A stretch of 64,000 nt of DNA from NCBI RefSeq assembly GCF_006345805.1, contig NC_043001.1, forward strand, positions 17,608,001 to 17,672,000, in the 5' to 3' direction. The position numbers were made by a program, and so were the translations under genes. Shown here one piece after another: positions 1-12,510 of the stretch (the stretch's first letter is position 1; each line of letters opens with the position of its first letter). This DNA is from Octopus sinensis. Taxonomy: Eukaryota. Below the pieces are notes generated by a model, which had not been told where the DNA came from, ran no database searches, and was given only the letters and a program-made list of their open reading frames with translations.

Positions 1-692
1 ACCTAATAAACTGAACAAAAGTTTTGGCCATCCTCGTGTGTACATCATCAGTATCATCATTATCGTCGTTTAACGTCCACTTTCCATGCTGGCATCGGTT
101 GGACAGTTGACTGGGGCTGGAAATCCAGAAGGCTGTACTAGCCTCCAATCCAATCGGGCAAAGTTTCTACAACTGGATGCCCTTCCAAATGCCAACCACT
201 TCAAGAGTGTATTGAGTGCCATACATACACACACACACACACAAATATATATATATATATTACAGAGATGTACTTGCATAACAAGTGACCTAATCTGAGA
301 TCATGTGCTGGAACGAAAACAATTGCAGCGTGGAAGGTGTTTATAAACCATTTAAGAAACACACAAAAACCATTAGATTCACTTCAACATTTAAATTTAA
401 TTTACCAAAATATTTTTGTCGCTTTGAGACTGCGACCTCTTCACTAACAAAATTCTGTGCTGAAACCCTGGCTTGTCAGAACTCAGTCAAACTGTCCAGC
501 CAATGCCAGCATGGAAAGTGGACATTAAACGATGGTAGTTTCATCTACCAAATCCACTCACAAGGGTTTGGTCAGCCTGAGGATATAATGGAAAATACTT
601 GTCCAAAGTGCTATGCAATGGGACTGAACTCAGAACCATGTGGTTGAGAAGCAAGCTTCTTACCACACAACCACACCTGTATATATATATCT

Positions 693-1015
693 CATCATCA
701 TCATCATTTAACGTCCGTTTTCCATGCTAGCATGGGTTGAACGGTTCAATTGGGGTCTGGGAAGCCCAAAGGCTGCACCAGACCCAGTCTGATCTGGCAG
801 TGTTTCTACAGCTGGATGCCCTTCCTAACGCCAACCACTCCGTGAGTGTAGTGGGTGCTTTTTACGTGCCACCTGCACAGGTGCCAGACGAGGCTGGCAA
901 TGGCCACAATCGGATGGTGCATTTTACGTGCCACCGGCACGGAGGCCAGTCGGGGCGGTGCTGGCAAACGCCACATTCGGATGGTTCTCTTATGTGCCAT
1001 CGGCACTGGTATCAC
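693..1015 (-). mobile_element. Non-LTR retroelement 3' tail ending in (GAT)n
   Basis: catcatcat-ttaacgtccg..ccatgctagcatgggttg..ggatgcccttcc consensus; further copies at 52-215, 3396-3640 and 37545-37915. Confidence 0.75.
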
Positions 1016-1675
1016 AGCTACAATTTCCATTGATGTTATGTCTAGTTTTCATAAGTTTTGAATTAAAATCTTCCACCAAACCTTAGTCACCATTTATGTT
1101 CCTAACACTAGCTGAATGATAGGTTATCTTACTAAATTCTTTATTATAGACGCAGGAATGACTGTGTGGTAAGTAGCTTGCTTACAAAGCACATGGTTCT
1201 CGGTTCAGTCCCACCGCTAGGCACCTTGGGCAAGTGTCTTCTACTATAGCCTCGGGCTGACCAAAGCCTTGTGAGAAGATTTGGTAGACGGAAACTGAAA
1301 AGAAGCCCGTCGTATATATATATATATATTTATTTAAAGGTGGGTACATTTTTGACTGAGAAGGAATATATTTTTTACAAATGCTTGCTACCTTACAAAA
1401 CCTATATCAGCAAAGCAAACGACCTTTACTAAATCCAATAAAAACATTATAACGTAATCTCAATGCTATTTCAGAAAACTATCTCTGTTCTCCTTGATAT
1501 AAAAGACAAATTTAGGTGGGGTAAAATGAGTAATCCAAGCTAAGGTAAATTTACCTTTCCAATTCTCCAGAATTACATCTAAAAAAAAGACTCAAGATAT
1601 CCTTAGACATAAGGAAAATCAACAAAAATTAAAAATATTAGGTGAAATGAAAGAGAATAGGGAAAGCAGTATACA

Positions 1676-2086
1676 ATAGGCGCAGGAGTGACTGTGTGGA
1701 AAGTAGCTTGCTTCCCAACCACATGGTTCTGGGTTCATTACCACTGCGTGGAACCTTGGGAAAGTGTCTTCTACTATAGCCTTGGGCCAACCAAAGCCTT
1801 GTGAGTGGATTTGGTAGATGGTAACTGAAGGAAGCCCATCGTATATATGTATATATGTATGTATGTATGTGTGTACATGTTTGTGTGTCTGTGTTTGTTT
1901 CCCCCAACATCGCTTGACAACCGATGGTGGTGTGTTTACGTCCCTGTAACTTAGCGGTTCAGCAAAAGAAACCGATAGCATAAGTACTAGGCTTACAGAG
2001 AATAAGTCCTGGGGTCGAGTTGCTCTACTAAAGGCGGTGCTCCAGCATGGCCACAGTCAAATGACTGAAGCAAGTAAAAGAGTAAG
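1676..2086 (+). mobile_element. CORE-like tRNA SINE (family C)
   Basis: Head ggcgcaggagtggctgtgtggtaag..gggttca, CORE-like accttgggcaagtg, internal (TA/TG)n, tail ggcggtgctccagcatggccacagtcaaatgactgaa.caagtaaaagagta. A 5' fragment also lies at 1148-1320. Confidence 0.87.
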
Positions 2087-2353
2087 TATAAAATTAAGGA
2101 AGCTTGGCTAAATCAAAACCCCTCAACATACTTAGATTCTTCACAATCTGCTGGAGTGGTTCCCTTCCCAATCCATTTACCAAGTACTTAAAGAGAAAAA
2201 AAACTACTGAAATTACTCATGACTCATTCTACTTCATCCTAGACATCATTTTTTGAAAACTGAAAATGATCAAATTAGACATTAGTGAACGGAGGAAAAT
2301 TGACTTGGAATCCAAGAGATAAAAGAATATTGATTGTTAAACACCCACAATTA

Positions 2354-2593
2354 TACTCTTTACTCTTTTACTTGTTTCAGTCATTTGACTGCGGCCATGC
2401 TGGAGCACCGCCTTTAGTCGATCAAATCGACCCAGGGACTTATTCTTTGTAAGCCCAGTACTTATTCTATCGGTCTCTTTTTGCCGAACCGCTAAGTGAC
2501 GGGGACGTAAACACACCAGCATCGGTTGTCAAGCAATGCTAGGGGGACAAACACAGACACACAAACACACACACACACACACACACACACATA

Positions 2594-2624
<31 letters not shown>

Positions 2625-2803
2625 ATATACATATATACGATGGGCTTCTTTCAGTTTCCGTCTACCAAATCCACTCACAAGGCATTGGTCGGCCCGGGGC
2701 TATAACAGAAGACACTTGCCCAAGATGCCACGCAGTGGGACTGAACCAGGAACCATGTGGTTGGTTAGCAAGCTACTTACCACACAGCCACTCCTGCGCC
2801 TAT
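2354..2803 (-). mobile_element. CORE-like SINE family C
   Basis: Full-length reverse copy of the same consensus. Confidence 0.87.
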
Positions 2804-2941
2804 CCAGATATTTTATTAGCGACCTCAATTATAGCTGGGTTAAAATTGAAGAAAAAATTTTCTTGAGAAAAATGTAAGTCACCTGACTGCTTCAAACTCT
2901 CTCAACTTCAACAATCACTGCCGACCAGTTTTTGTTCTTAA

Positions 2942-3161
2942 CCGTTTAGTGTTCAGATTATTCTGTCAAATGTGATGTTTGTTTATTTATATTGTTTTGA
3001 ATTAATCCTGCATTATCTTGTAGTTTAGAGATTTCAGTGATGTGGTTTTTTAGTTTTAGAATGACATGGTAGGGCTGAGGTGAGAGGCGAGATCTGGTCA
3101 GTTTCAATATAAGACAGGTTAAATATTTTGGCCGGATATGGCCGGTTTGAATGCTAAAGGG
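2942..3161. mobile_element. piggyBac-type MITE
   Basis: TTAA at both ends (2938-2941, 3162-3165); TIRs ccgtttagtgttc / gaatgctaaaggg. Confidence 0.65.
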
Positions 3162-3714
3162 TTAAAGATGATCCAGCAGTAAAAAATGATAGTGCAGTAC
3201 TTGCATATTCTGGTTATTAATTTTGCTCCTCCACTATATAAATATATATCTTTTTTAAGAGGACTTGGGATAACAGGTTTTGGGATCTGACGGTATGCTA
3301 TAAAACTAAACCCTTTATGGACAGGAAACCTAAGATAGTCCCATAAACCAATATTCCCCATCTTTAATAAAAAAAATATCTATCTATCTACCTATATCAT
3401 CATCATCGTTTAATGTCCGTTCTCCATGCTAGCATAGGTTGGATGGTTCAACCAGGGTCTGGGAAGCCAGGAGGCTGCACCAGGCTCCAGTCTGATCTGG
3501 CAGTGTTTCTACAGCTGGATGCCCTTCCTAACACCAACCAATCTGTGAATGTAGTGGGTGCTTTTTACGTGCCACCGGCAAAGGTGCCAGGGGAGGCTGG
3601 CAGCGGCCACGATCAGTTGGTCCTTTTTACGTGCCACCGGCACAAAAGCTATATCTATATGTATCTATCTCTATCTATCTATCTATCTATCTATCTATAT
3701 ATATATATATATAT

Positions 3715-3876
3715 ATTCTTTTACTCTTTTACTTGTTTCAGTCATTTGACTGCAGCCATGCTGGAGCACCGCCTTTTGTTGAGCAACTCGACCCCAGGAC
3801 TTATTTTGTAAGCCTAGTACTTCTATCGGTCTCTTTTGCCGAACTGCTAAGTTACGGGGACGTAAATACACCAGCA
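3715..3876 (-). mobile_element. SINE family C, 3' part
   Basis: tactcttttacttgtttcagtcatttgactgc... tail match. Confidence 0.75.
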
Positions 3877-4113
3877 AATACAATAAGAAATAAATGAAAT
3901 ACTTACATGCGGCCATGGAAAAAAGCCGAAGCAAAAGTCATGAGTACATATAAGTACCCCAGTTATATCTAAATATATAATCCTTTGGCAGGGAAATAAT
4001 TTTCTTTTGCCCTTGTTTATAAGCTGTTTATAATTTTAACCTTTAAAGGTATTTTACTATGCTGCCACTTTTTGATGAATTTTTTCTGTAAAAAACTTCA
4101 TCCTATATTAGTA

Positions 4114-4151
<38 letters not shown>

Positions 4152-4284
4152 TAGCAATTAAGGACAACTACTTAATAAGGAAAACTTAACAAGAAATTGT
4201 CAGGTAGATAGCGTAAAAACCTCATAAGAGAAAAAATTTCGAAAATAATTATTTCTTATTGAACATATTAATTTATATATAGAG

Positions 4285-4417
4285 GGCATTATACATACAT
4301 GCCAAACGCTAAGAGGGACAATTAGTCATTTCTACCAAAAATATTACTAGATTAGTAATATTTTTGGTAGAAATGACTAATTGTCCCTCTTAGCGTTTGG
4401 CATGTATGTATAATGCC
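4285..4417. repeat. Perfect palindrome, 65-bp arms, 3-nt loop
   Basis: 4285-4349 is the exact reverse complement of 4353-4417. Confidence 0.92.
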
Positions 4418-5034
4418 TTCTGGCATGTATGTATAATGCCCTCTATATATAAATTATATATATATATATAGTTCTCCCCTCCATACACAAGCAAGCATGT
4501 ATCTGACTCATACACTGTTCACTTTCCAGACATTTGTACATTACTGCATATGCTTTATACACACTTTTGCACCTGAGCACTGTATACAATATTATTATTA
4601 TTATTACTACTACTATTATTATTATTATTATTTATATATCCACCTGACAGGCTTCCATAGTTTTCGTCGAAGCTATAAAACTGACATTTACACAAGATGC
4701 CACACAGTGAGAACGAACATGCGACTTCGATGTTGCGAAAAGAACTTGTTAACCGTTCAGCCATGGCTACGTCTTTACACACGCATAACACACAAATAGC
4801 AACGTAATTGAATTCAAGCATATGACACGTAAGTTCGCGACGGGCGCGTCCTCAGTGGCCACCCATAAAACAAAAAAGATACGATGAGGGATTCAGATTC
4901 ATGTAAGTGAAACTGGACTGTTAATCTTAAGAGTATCGCCAAGCTAAACTCCATTTCATTCGGTTTGTCATCAATTGCGTTTTACATTTTGGAGATCAAT
5001 AATTTTTATTGATAAATTTCAATGCTGAAGCACC

Positions 5035-5184
5035 GCAGTAATTCGAATCAAATCGACCTCAGGACTTATTCTTTGTAAGCTTAATACTTATTCTATCGGT
5101 CTCTTTTACCGAACCGCTAATTTACGGGGACCTAAACACACCAGCATCAGTTGTCAAGCGATGTTGGGGGGACAAACACAGATG

Positions 5185-5220
<36 letters not shown>

Positions 5221-5322
5221 CATACATATATATATATGACGGGCTTCTTTCAGTTTCCGTCTACTAAATCCACTCACAAGGCTTTGGTCGGCCCGAGGCT
5301 ATAGAAGAAGAAACTTGCCCAA
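5035..5322 (-). mobile_element. SINE family C, partial
   Basis: Consensus match with both ends truncated. Confidence 0.75.
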
Positions 5323-6726
5323 GAAATAAAGAAATTTATCGCAACAAACTACATCTAATTTCAAACTGTTTTTTAGATATCCATGTAGTCTTTATTACTT
5401 AATTACATACTACATAATTAATTGGTCATACTATATAATCAATTAGTCATAAACATAAGTTTATTTTGTTTTGTTTTTTTTCAATTTTCCCACAGAATGC
5501 GGAATTTGTTGTGAAACATGACATAAATTAGGGGAAAAAAAAAGAAAAAATTAAATTAAAAAAACGAACGAAACAGAGAACACAATTGAAAACAAATCAT
5601 CAAACTAAAGTGTTTGACCCGAGCAAAAAAAAAAACAAAATAGTGCAATAGGTGTACAACAACATTTAGAAAACAAATATGAAAAAAAATACGCGCTGGC
5701 GACGGGGGGGGGATGCAGAGAAAGGACTCGGAAAATTCACATCGGGTATGTTCCGAGTCCTCTCATCATTTCCCCGTCGGTCGGCGAAATTTTTTTTTTC
5801 TTCATATTCGTTTCTTACACATTATTTTACACATAATACACTATTTTCGTTTTCAATTTTTTGTGACAGGAGGTGGTTGCTGTGCGGACTCGGATAATTC
5901 ACACGATCCAGTAACCCCCACCTCGACACCCGGTCAGAAAAATGAAGAAAAAACAGAGTAATAGGTGTAAAACAATATGTAGTACACGAATATGGAAAAA
6001 AAAAAGTGGGGACTCGGAAAATTCAGACCTTGATCTTTAAACTCCAGTGTTTGACCTGAGTCACCCCGTCACAAAAATTGGGAAAAAAATATATAGTGTA
6101 CTGGGTGTAAAATAATGTGTAATAAACGAATATGAAAAAAAAACCAAAAGTATTGCCGACGAACGGGTAAATGGTGAGAGGTCTCGGAACATTAAAAACA
6201 AAAACGAATAACCACTTCAGGTTGAAAATTCGGGGGCGCTGGGAAACCTTTCTAATGACCATTGAAGCACGCTTGGAACGTTGCTGCGGGTTGCTGGTGA
6301 GGTTGATGCCCTTGTTTGTTCCCTCTGTGTTTAGCCCCTTGTGGGTAGTAAAGAAATAGGTATGACCCCTCTGTGTTTAGCCCCTTGTGGGTGGTAAAGA
6401 AATAGTATCATTCTGCGAGCAAAAAAAAAAAAATAAAACACCAGCCAAACTCCATCCAAATTTAATAGCAATGACGCATTCGCCAATGAGTGTGTATGTG
6501 CGTTTGTGAATATGTATAATTTTTAATTAATATATATAGCACTATAGATCCTTTACTGTATCTACAATACAGTATATTTTGATTGGCGAAAGTAAAGAAT
6601 ATGTACACTAGGTGTTTAGGGGTCAGGGTCAGGGTGTTTGTTATGCCAAAAACGGGTGGTGTATATATTCTTTATCTCCGACTTTTAATTAAAACACCCA
6701 CTCTATTGATAAATATACGTGTGCAT

Positions 6727-6791
<65 letters not shown>

Positions 6792-8157
6792 ATATAATAT
6801 ATATATATATAATATATATATATATATACAGGTATGTATATATATATGTGTGTGCGAGTGTGTATACGCACGCACATACAATGAATATATTTTAGTGTCG
6901 TGTACAAAAAATAGGGCAGCCACGGCTGAAATGCCTTTGATAATAGGTCATTATAAATCAGAGATGATGTGAAATAATATTTAAATAATATTTACCTCAT
7001 TGCTTCTAGTTTTCTCGACAACATTACAGAGAGAGGAATCCTGGCACGGACAAAGTGATGCTGCTAAACTACACAACAAGCAGCATATTGAGAAACAGAA
7101 GTAAATAAATTTAATCGGAGACATTTCGACCACGATTAAATAAACGAATAACAAATTGTAGGTACTTGTATAATTATCAGATATTTTCTACGTTGTATTT
7201 TCTTTTCTCCTCTCGATTCAAGGGTTGAAGACCAGAGATAGAAAGACGCACCGACCGGGTTGCTAATGTTTACGTAAATAAACGATTATCGCCCTTGCAT
7301 TGTTTATTATATGGAGAACCTGTTATTCTCTCTCACGTGATCGAAATGCTAGACCTGTCCTAATTGGTTTTGCTTTTATGTTGCCAAGCACACAGTGTTG
7401 GGGGTTAATTGATTGATGTTCGTCCGTCGGAGCGACCAGAACTATCTAGCACTTTTTTTTTTTTTTCACTTTTAATTTTTTTTTATTAAATACATACATA
7501 ACACTGGTCGACCTGGCGCAAAGTCCCCCAACAAACGAAATAGATCTTTCTGATTTTTTTTCACGGATTCCTGTTTTTTTTTTTTTGTATATACGGGATC
7601 TCCGTCGTCGAAAACGAGAATCCGGTGAATGAAGAAAATATCTTACAAATATCTTACAAACTACATAATTTTCTCAAGAAAGTTAAGAGAAAAAGATGTT
7701 TTATAAACACATTCTACCAGTATACGAAGTTTAAAATTTTTTAGTTATATGGAAATTATTTTAAAAATTTGCCGTTCAAACCGAAAAGATCCATGAATAA
7801 TACAAAACTACATGAGAATACAAATCCTAAACAATAGTCATGATTCTTCCATAATATAAGATTTTACAAAAGAAAAACAAAGAAAGAAAAAAGACGGGGA
7901 AAGAAAGGAAAAATGGGAGAGAAAAAAGAGCAAAAGAGAAGAAAGAAAAAACACCGATGCAGCACCATGGGCTTCAATTGGTTGCACACCACAAGGTTCA
8001 ACGGAACCTATTGGAGCAAGCTAGTACGCTCGTAGCACTACCACGGGCGATGGCAAGGCTAAAGCGTTGGAGAAGCCAAGCGCCGTGACGGGCATCACCT
8101 GACACTTTGGTGAGGCGAGCTGCCAACGATAAGAACTTCGCTATTAGTTCTGGCAAT

Positions 8158-8714
8158 GCGGTGAGCTGGCAGAACCGTTAGCACGCCGGGTGAAATGCGT
8201 AGCCGTATTTCGTCTACCGTTACGTTCTGCGCTCAAATTCCGCCGAGGTTGACTTTGCCTTTCATCCTTTCGGGGTCGATAAATTAAGTACCAGTTACGC
8301 ACTGCGGTCGATATAATCGACTTAATCCGTTTGTCTGTCCTTGTTTGTCCCCTCTGTGTTTAGCCCCTTGTGGGTATTAAAGAGATAGAAATAGGTATGT
8401 CGTCTGCCGCTATGTTCTGAGTTCAAATTCCGCCGAGGTCGACTTTGCCTTTCATCCTTTCGGGGTCGATAAATTAAGTACCAGTTACGCACTGCGGTCG
8501 ATATAATCGACTTAATCCGTTTGTCCTCTCTGTGTTTAGCCCCTTGTGGGTAGTAAAGAAATAGGTATTTCGTCTGCCGTTACGTTCTGAGTTCAAATTC
8601 CGCCGAGGTCGACTTTGCCTTTCATCCTTTCGGGGTCCATAAATTACGTACCAGGTACGCACTGGGGTCGATATAATCGACTTAATCCGTTTGTCTGTCC
8701 TTGTTTGTCCTCTC
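8158..8714 (+). mobile_element. tRNA-derived SINE family M, trimeric array
   Basis: Head gagctggcagaa (A-box-like), gagttcaaattcc (B-box-like), three bodies with gactttgcctttcatcctttcggggtcgataaattaagtacc. The domain resembles MetaSINE-type cores (inference). Confidence 0.85.
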
Positions 8715-9029
8715 TTTCAGTGTTATACCGTCGCGAGCAAGCAGCATTGGACTTCATTCTCCAGACTTCAATCCAGGGTTTTGTTATATTCTGTTAAGAA
8801 CGTAGTAGAATGCAGTATAAAGCTCGTCCACCTTCGGATTTCACTCGGTTCTATTCAATAATAGTATTATACGCTCTGCCAGATTTGTGTTTGGGCTTCT
8901 GTAGTGTGTGAATAAATAATTGAATAAGTTGGAGTCAACAAGAGGAGAACTACGCTACACAGAAACAATTGTAGTGGTTGCAAATAAATGTCCAACCGTA
9001 CTCCTTCTTGTTGATTATATATATATATT

Positions 9030-9352
9030 GAGAGCACTCCGTCGATTGCAACGACGAAGGTCCCAGCTGATACGATCAACGGAACAGTTTGCTCGTGAAA
9101 TTAACGTGCAAGTGGCTGAGCACTCCTCAGACACGTGTACCCTTAACGTAGTTCTCGGGGAGATTCAGCGTGACACAGAGTGTGACAAGGCTGGCCCTTT
9201 GTAATTACAGGTACTACTCATTTTTGCCGGCTGAGTGGACTGGAGCAACGTGGAATAAAGTGTCTTGCTCAAGGACACAACGAGCCGCCGGGAATTGAAC
9301 TCACGACCTTACGATCATGAGCCGAATGCCCCTAACCACTAAGCCACGCGCC

Positions 9353-9355
<3 letters not shown>
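9030..9355 (-). mobile_element. tRNA-derived SINE (family K)
   Basis: Head ggcgcgtggcttagtggttaggg...gtgagttcaattcc, then gtgtccttgagcaagacactt and ccactcagc..aaaaatgagta. Confidence 0.82.
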
Positions 9356-9439
<84 letters not shown>

Positions 9440-9440
<1 letters not shown>

Positions 9441-9720
9441 GAGGCGCAATGGCCCAGTGGTTAGAGTAGGATCGCAGTTTCGATTCCCATACCGGGCGTT
9501 GTGAGTGTTTATTGAGCGGAAACACCTAAAGCTCCACGAGTCTCCGGCAGGGGATGGTGGTGATCCCTGCTGTACTCTTTCTCCACAACTTTCTCTCACT
9601 CTTTCTTCTATTGGCCTGCTCGCTTAGCCAGCGGGGTGGCGTCATTTGAAGGCTAAAACAAGTGTGACCAGCGATGTGTAGCAACATCAGATAGCCTGGT
9701 CTGTCACGGTGATCACAGTG
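9440..9720 (+). mobile_element. tRNA-derived SINE
   Basis: ggaggcgcaatggcccagtggttag...ttcgattccc head; body shared with 21453-21735 and 43200-43397. Confidence 0.78.
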
Positions 9721-10152
9721 ATATATATATATATATATATGTCATCTACTGACAAATATACAAGTGCATATTTTTGGCTTCGAGGACAACTATATATACA
9801 TATATGTTGGACACTTCCCCGTTCTCGAGTATAGCCATTGCTTGGATTATTTCAGAATTGGTCTCACGAGTGAGCAGCACTTGTGGAACTTTTTAGGCCG
9901 GCAAATGACATGCAGTCTTTGATGCAAATGTTACATACATGATCGCCCTCAACAATCAGGAGCCTTTCATGATCGGGCAAAATGGAAGAGAATGATACGA
10001 GGGTGGGCTGAAAGGTTTACAGGCTGACTATGAAGGATGATGCTAGACCTGTGAAATCTTGCATGCATTAATTTCAACACTTCTTATTGATAACTGCATT
10101 TTTCTTTCAAGGTAAACTGACATCTAACTGTTCAAAGAAAACTTCAAATATA

Positions 10153-10340
10153 AGGCACAGGAGTGGCTGTGTGGTAAGTAGCTTGCTTACCAACCACATG
10201 GTTCCGGGTTCAGTCCCACTGTGTGGCACCTTGGCAAGTGTCTTCTGCTATAGCCCCGGGCCGACCAAAGCCTTGTGAGTGGATTTTGGTAGACGGAAAC
10301 TGAAAGAAGCCTGTCGTATATATGTATAATATATATATAT

Positions 10341-10399
<59 letters not shown>

Positions 10400-10602
10400 T
10401 TGTGTGTCTGTGTTTGTCCCCCTAGCATTGCTTGACAACCGATGCTGTGTGTTTACGTCCCCGTCACTTAGCGGGTCGGCAAAACAGACCAATAGAATAA
10501 GTACTGGGCTTACAAAGAATAAGTACCGGGGTCGATTTTGCTCGACTAAAGGCGGTGCTCCAGCATGGCCACAGTCAAATGACTGAAACAAGTAAAAGAG
10601 TA
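10153..10602 (+). mobile_element. SINE family C inserted in the old mariner
   Basis: Full consensus match; short tataa duplication at the flanks. Confidence 0.87.
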
Positions 10603-11229
10603 TAACTAGTAGCGACTTGTCTTGAACATCGTGGTGTTATCAAGTACTTGCAGAAATGGGGTTAGCCCTCAAAGACATTCATACTGGTATGGTTGTTATT
10701 TACTATATTAGAGGACGATGCGCCAGCTTTGTCAATAGTGCAAAAGCTGGCAGCTGAATTCCGGAGGGGAAGGGAGAGTCTTGAAGATGACCCTGGGTCT
10801 GGACGTCGTGCAACTGTTACCATCGAGAAAACATTGATCGTGTTCACCACCTGGTAATGGATGACAGGCGACTAACTATAAATCAAATAGCCAATCCTAT
10901 TAGCATATCCTATGAGAGAGTTGAGAATATTCTGCGCAATGGACTTGGCATGGCGAAGGTTTCTACTCGGTGGGTACTACATTTTCTGACACCTGATCAA
11001 AAGCGTAGCAGGCTGATCCCATTACAAGAAAATCTGATATTGCTTGAGGAAGATCCAGCAGGTTTCCTTGAACGTATAGACGGTCAAGGTGATGTGTAGT
11101 GTGACCATCTAATAACGACAATGTTCTGAAAAGACCCCCACAGAAGGCTGAAATACTACATATAATGTACCAGTTGGAAAAGAGAGAGACACAACAGCGT
11201 AGAATGCTTATGAAAGATTTATTGATATA

Positions 11230-12510
11230 CGAAGGGCGTTCAATAAGTAATGCCTCTGACCCACTTGCAGTTGTTTGAAATTTTGCATGTGCAATTATTG
11301 ATATCTCTATAGATTAAGTGGCAAATTACAGCTCTGAACTAAATGTGGTTTCTGATTTACATGTGTTTGAAATCAGTCAAGTGTGAAATGGAGCCTGTTG
11401 AGTGTCGAGCAGTGATCCGGTTTTTGTATTTGAAAGGACGCACACCACGGGAGACTTTTGATGAAATGAAAGTAACTTATGGTGATGATGCCCCATCATA
11501 TGACCTTGTAAAACGCTGGCATCGTGAATTTAAACATGGTCGGAACTCTGTGGAAACAGCTCCCAGATCTGGTCGCCCCCCTTCTGCCATTGATAAGGCA
11601 TCTGTCTGTCAAGTAGAGGCTGCCATTTTGGAAGATCGACGCATAACTATTCGCCAAATAGCCCATGAGGTCAAGATTAGTATCAGGTCTGTGGAAACTA
11701 TCATTCATGACCATTTGCATATGCTAAAGGTGTCTGCCAGATGGATTCCCAGGTTGCTCACACCTTTCCAGAAGTAAGAATGCGTTGAGTGCTCGAGGAT
11801 GAATTTGGAGATGTGCCAAGAAGATGAGTCAAAATTTTTCAAAAGACAGATTACACAGGATGAAACCTGGGTCCATCACTATGATCCAGAGACCAAAGCC
11901 CAGTCAATGCAGCGGAAGCACCGTGACTCACCTCCTCCAAAGAAGGCAAGGGTGCTGCCCTCCGCTGGCAAGCTCATGCTCACAGTCTTCTGGGACCAGG
12001 ACGGAGTAGTGATGACAGATTTCCTGGCAAAGGGTACCACAATTACAGGAGCCTATTATGCTTCACTTTTGAGGAAATTAAGAGAAGCTATCAAAATCAA
12101 GAGGCGGGGCAAGATCAGCAAAGGCATCCTCCTCCTGCAGGACAACGCTCCGGTCCACAACTTGCGTGTCGACAGATCAGAAGCACAGGCGTGCGGCTAT
12201 GAACTCGTCCCCCATCCCCCTACTCTCCTGACTTGCACCCTTGATTTTCACCTCTTCCCAGCCATGAAGTTGTTTTTGAAAGGAAAGCGTTTCCCAGATG
12301 ATGCAGCCTTGATTTCTGAAGTCACGTCGTGGTTGGAGAACCAAGCTGGGGTCTTCTACAAAAACGGTCTCCAGAGCTGCATCAAACAATGGGAGAAATG
12401 CGTAACTCTGGGTGGTTCCTATATAGAAAAAGATTAATAACTGTGCCAAGTTTCGTTGCTCTACTGCTATGGGAAGTGGGTCAGGGGCATTACTTATTGA
12501 ACGCCCCTCG
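11230..12510 (+). mobile_element. Full-length (1281 bp) mariner transposon
   Basis: 36-bp TIRs cgaagggcgttcaataagtaatgcctctgacccact / agtgggtcaggggcattacttattgaacgcccctcg (2 mismatches), flanked by TA on both sides, enclosing a transposase ORF. Confidence 0.97.
11388..12437 (+). pseudogene. Mariner DD(34)D transposase with one in-frame stop
   Basis: ORFs 11343-11777 and 11799-12437 share a frame and are split by TAA at 11775-11777. Motifs: HTH region, ARWIPRLL, QDETWVHHYDPE, LLQDNAPVH, DFHLFP; YSPDLAPSD is recoverable only across small deletions. Confidence 0.93.

Noticed and set aside
1325-2330. AT-rich stretches flanking a SINE that might be a decayed RT
   Set aside because: No recognisable motif could be recovered in any frame by eye.
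1619-3934. Recurrent ORFs such as MLSVSFAEPLS.. and ..RWASFSFRLPNPLTR..
   Set aside because: Incidental translations of SINE family C copies.
8158-8714. Regularly repeated blocks resembling a CRISPR array
   Set aside because: The units are whole SINE bodies with no unique spacers, in a eukaryotic context with no cas genes.
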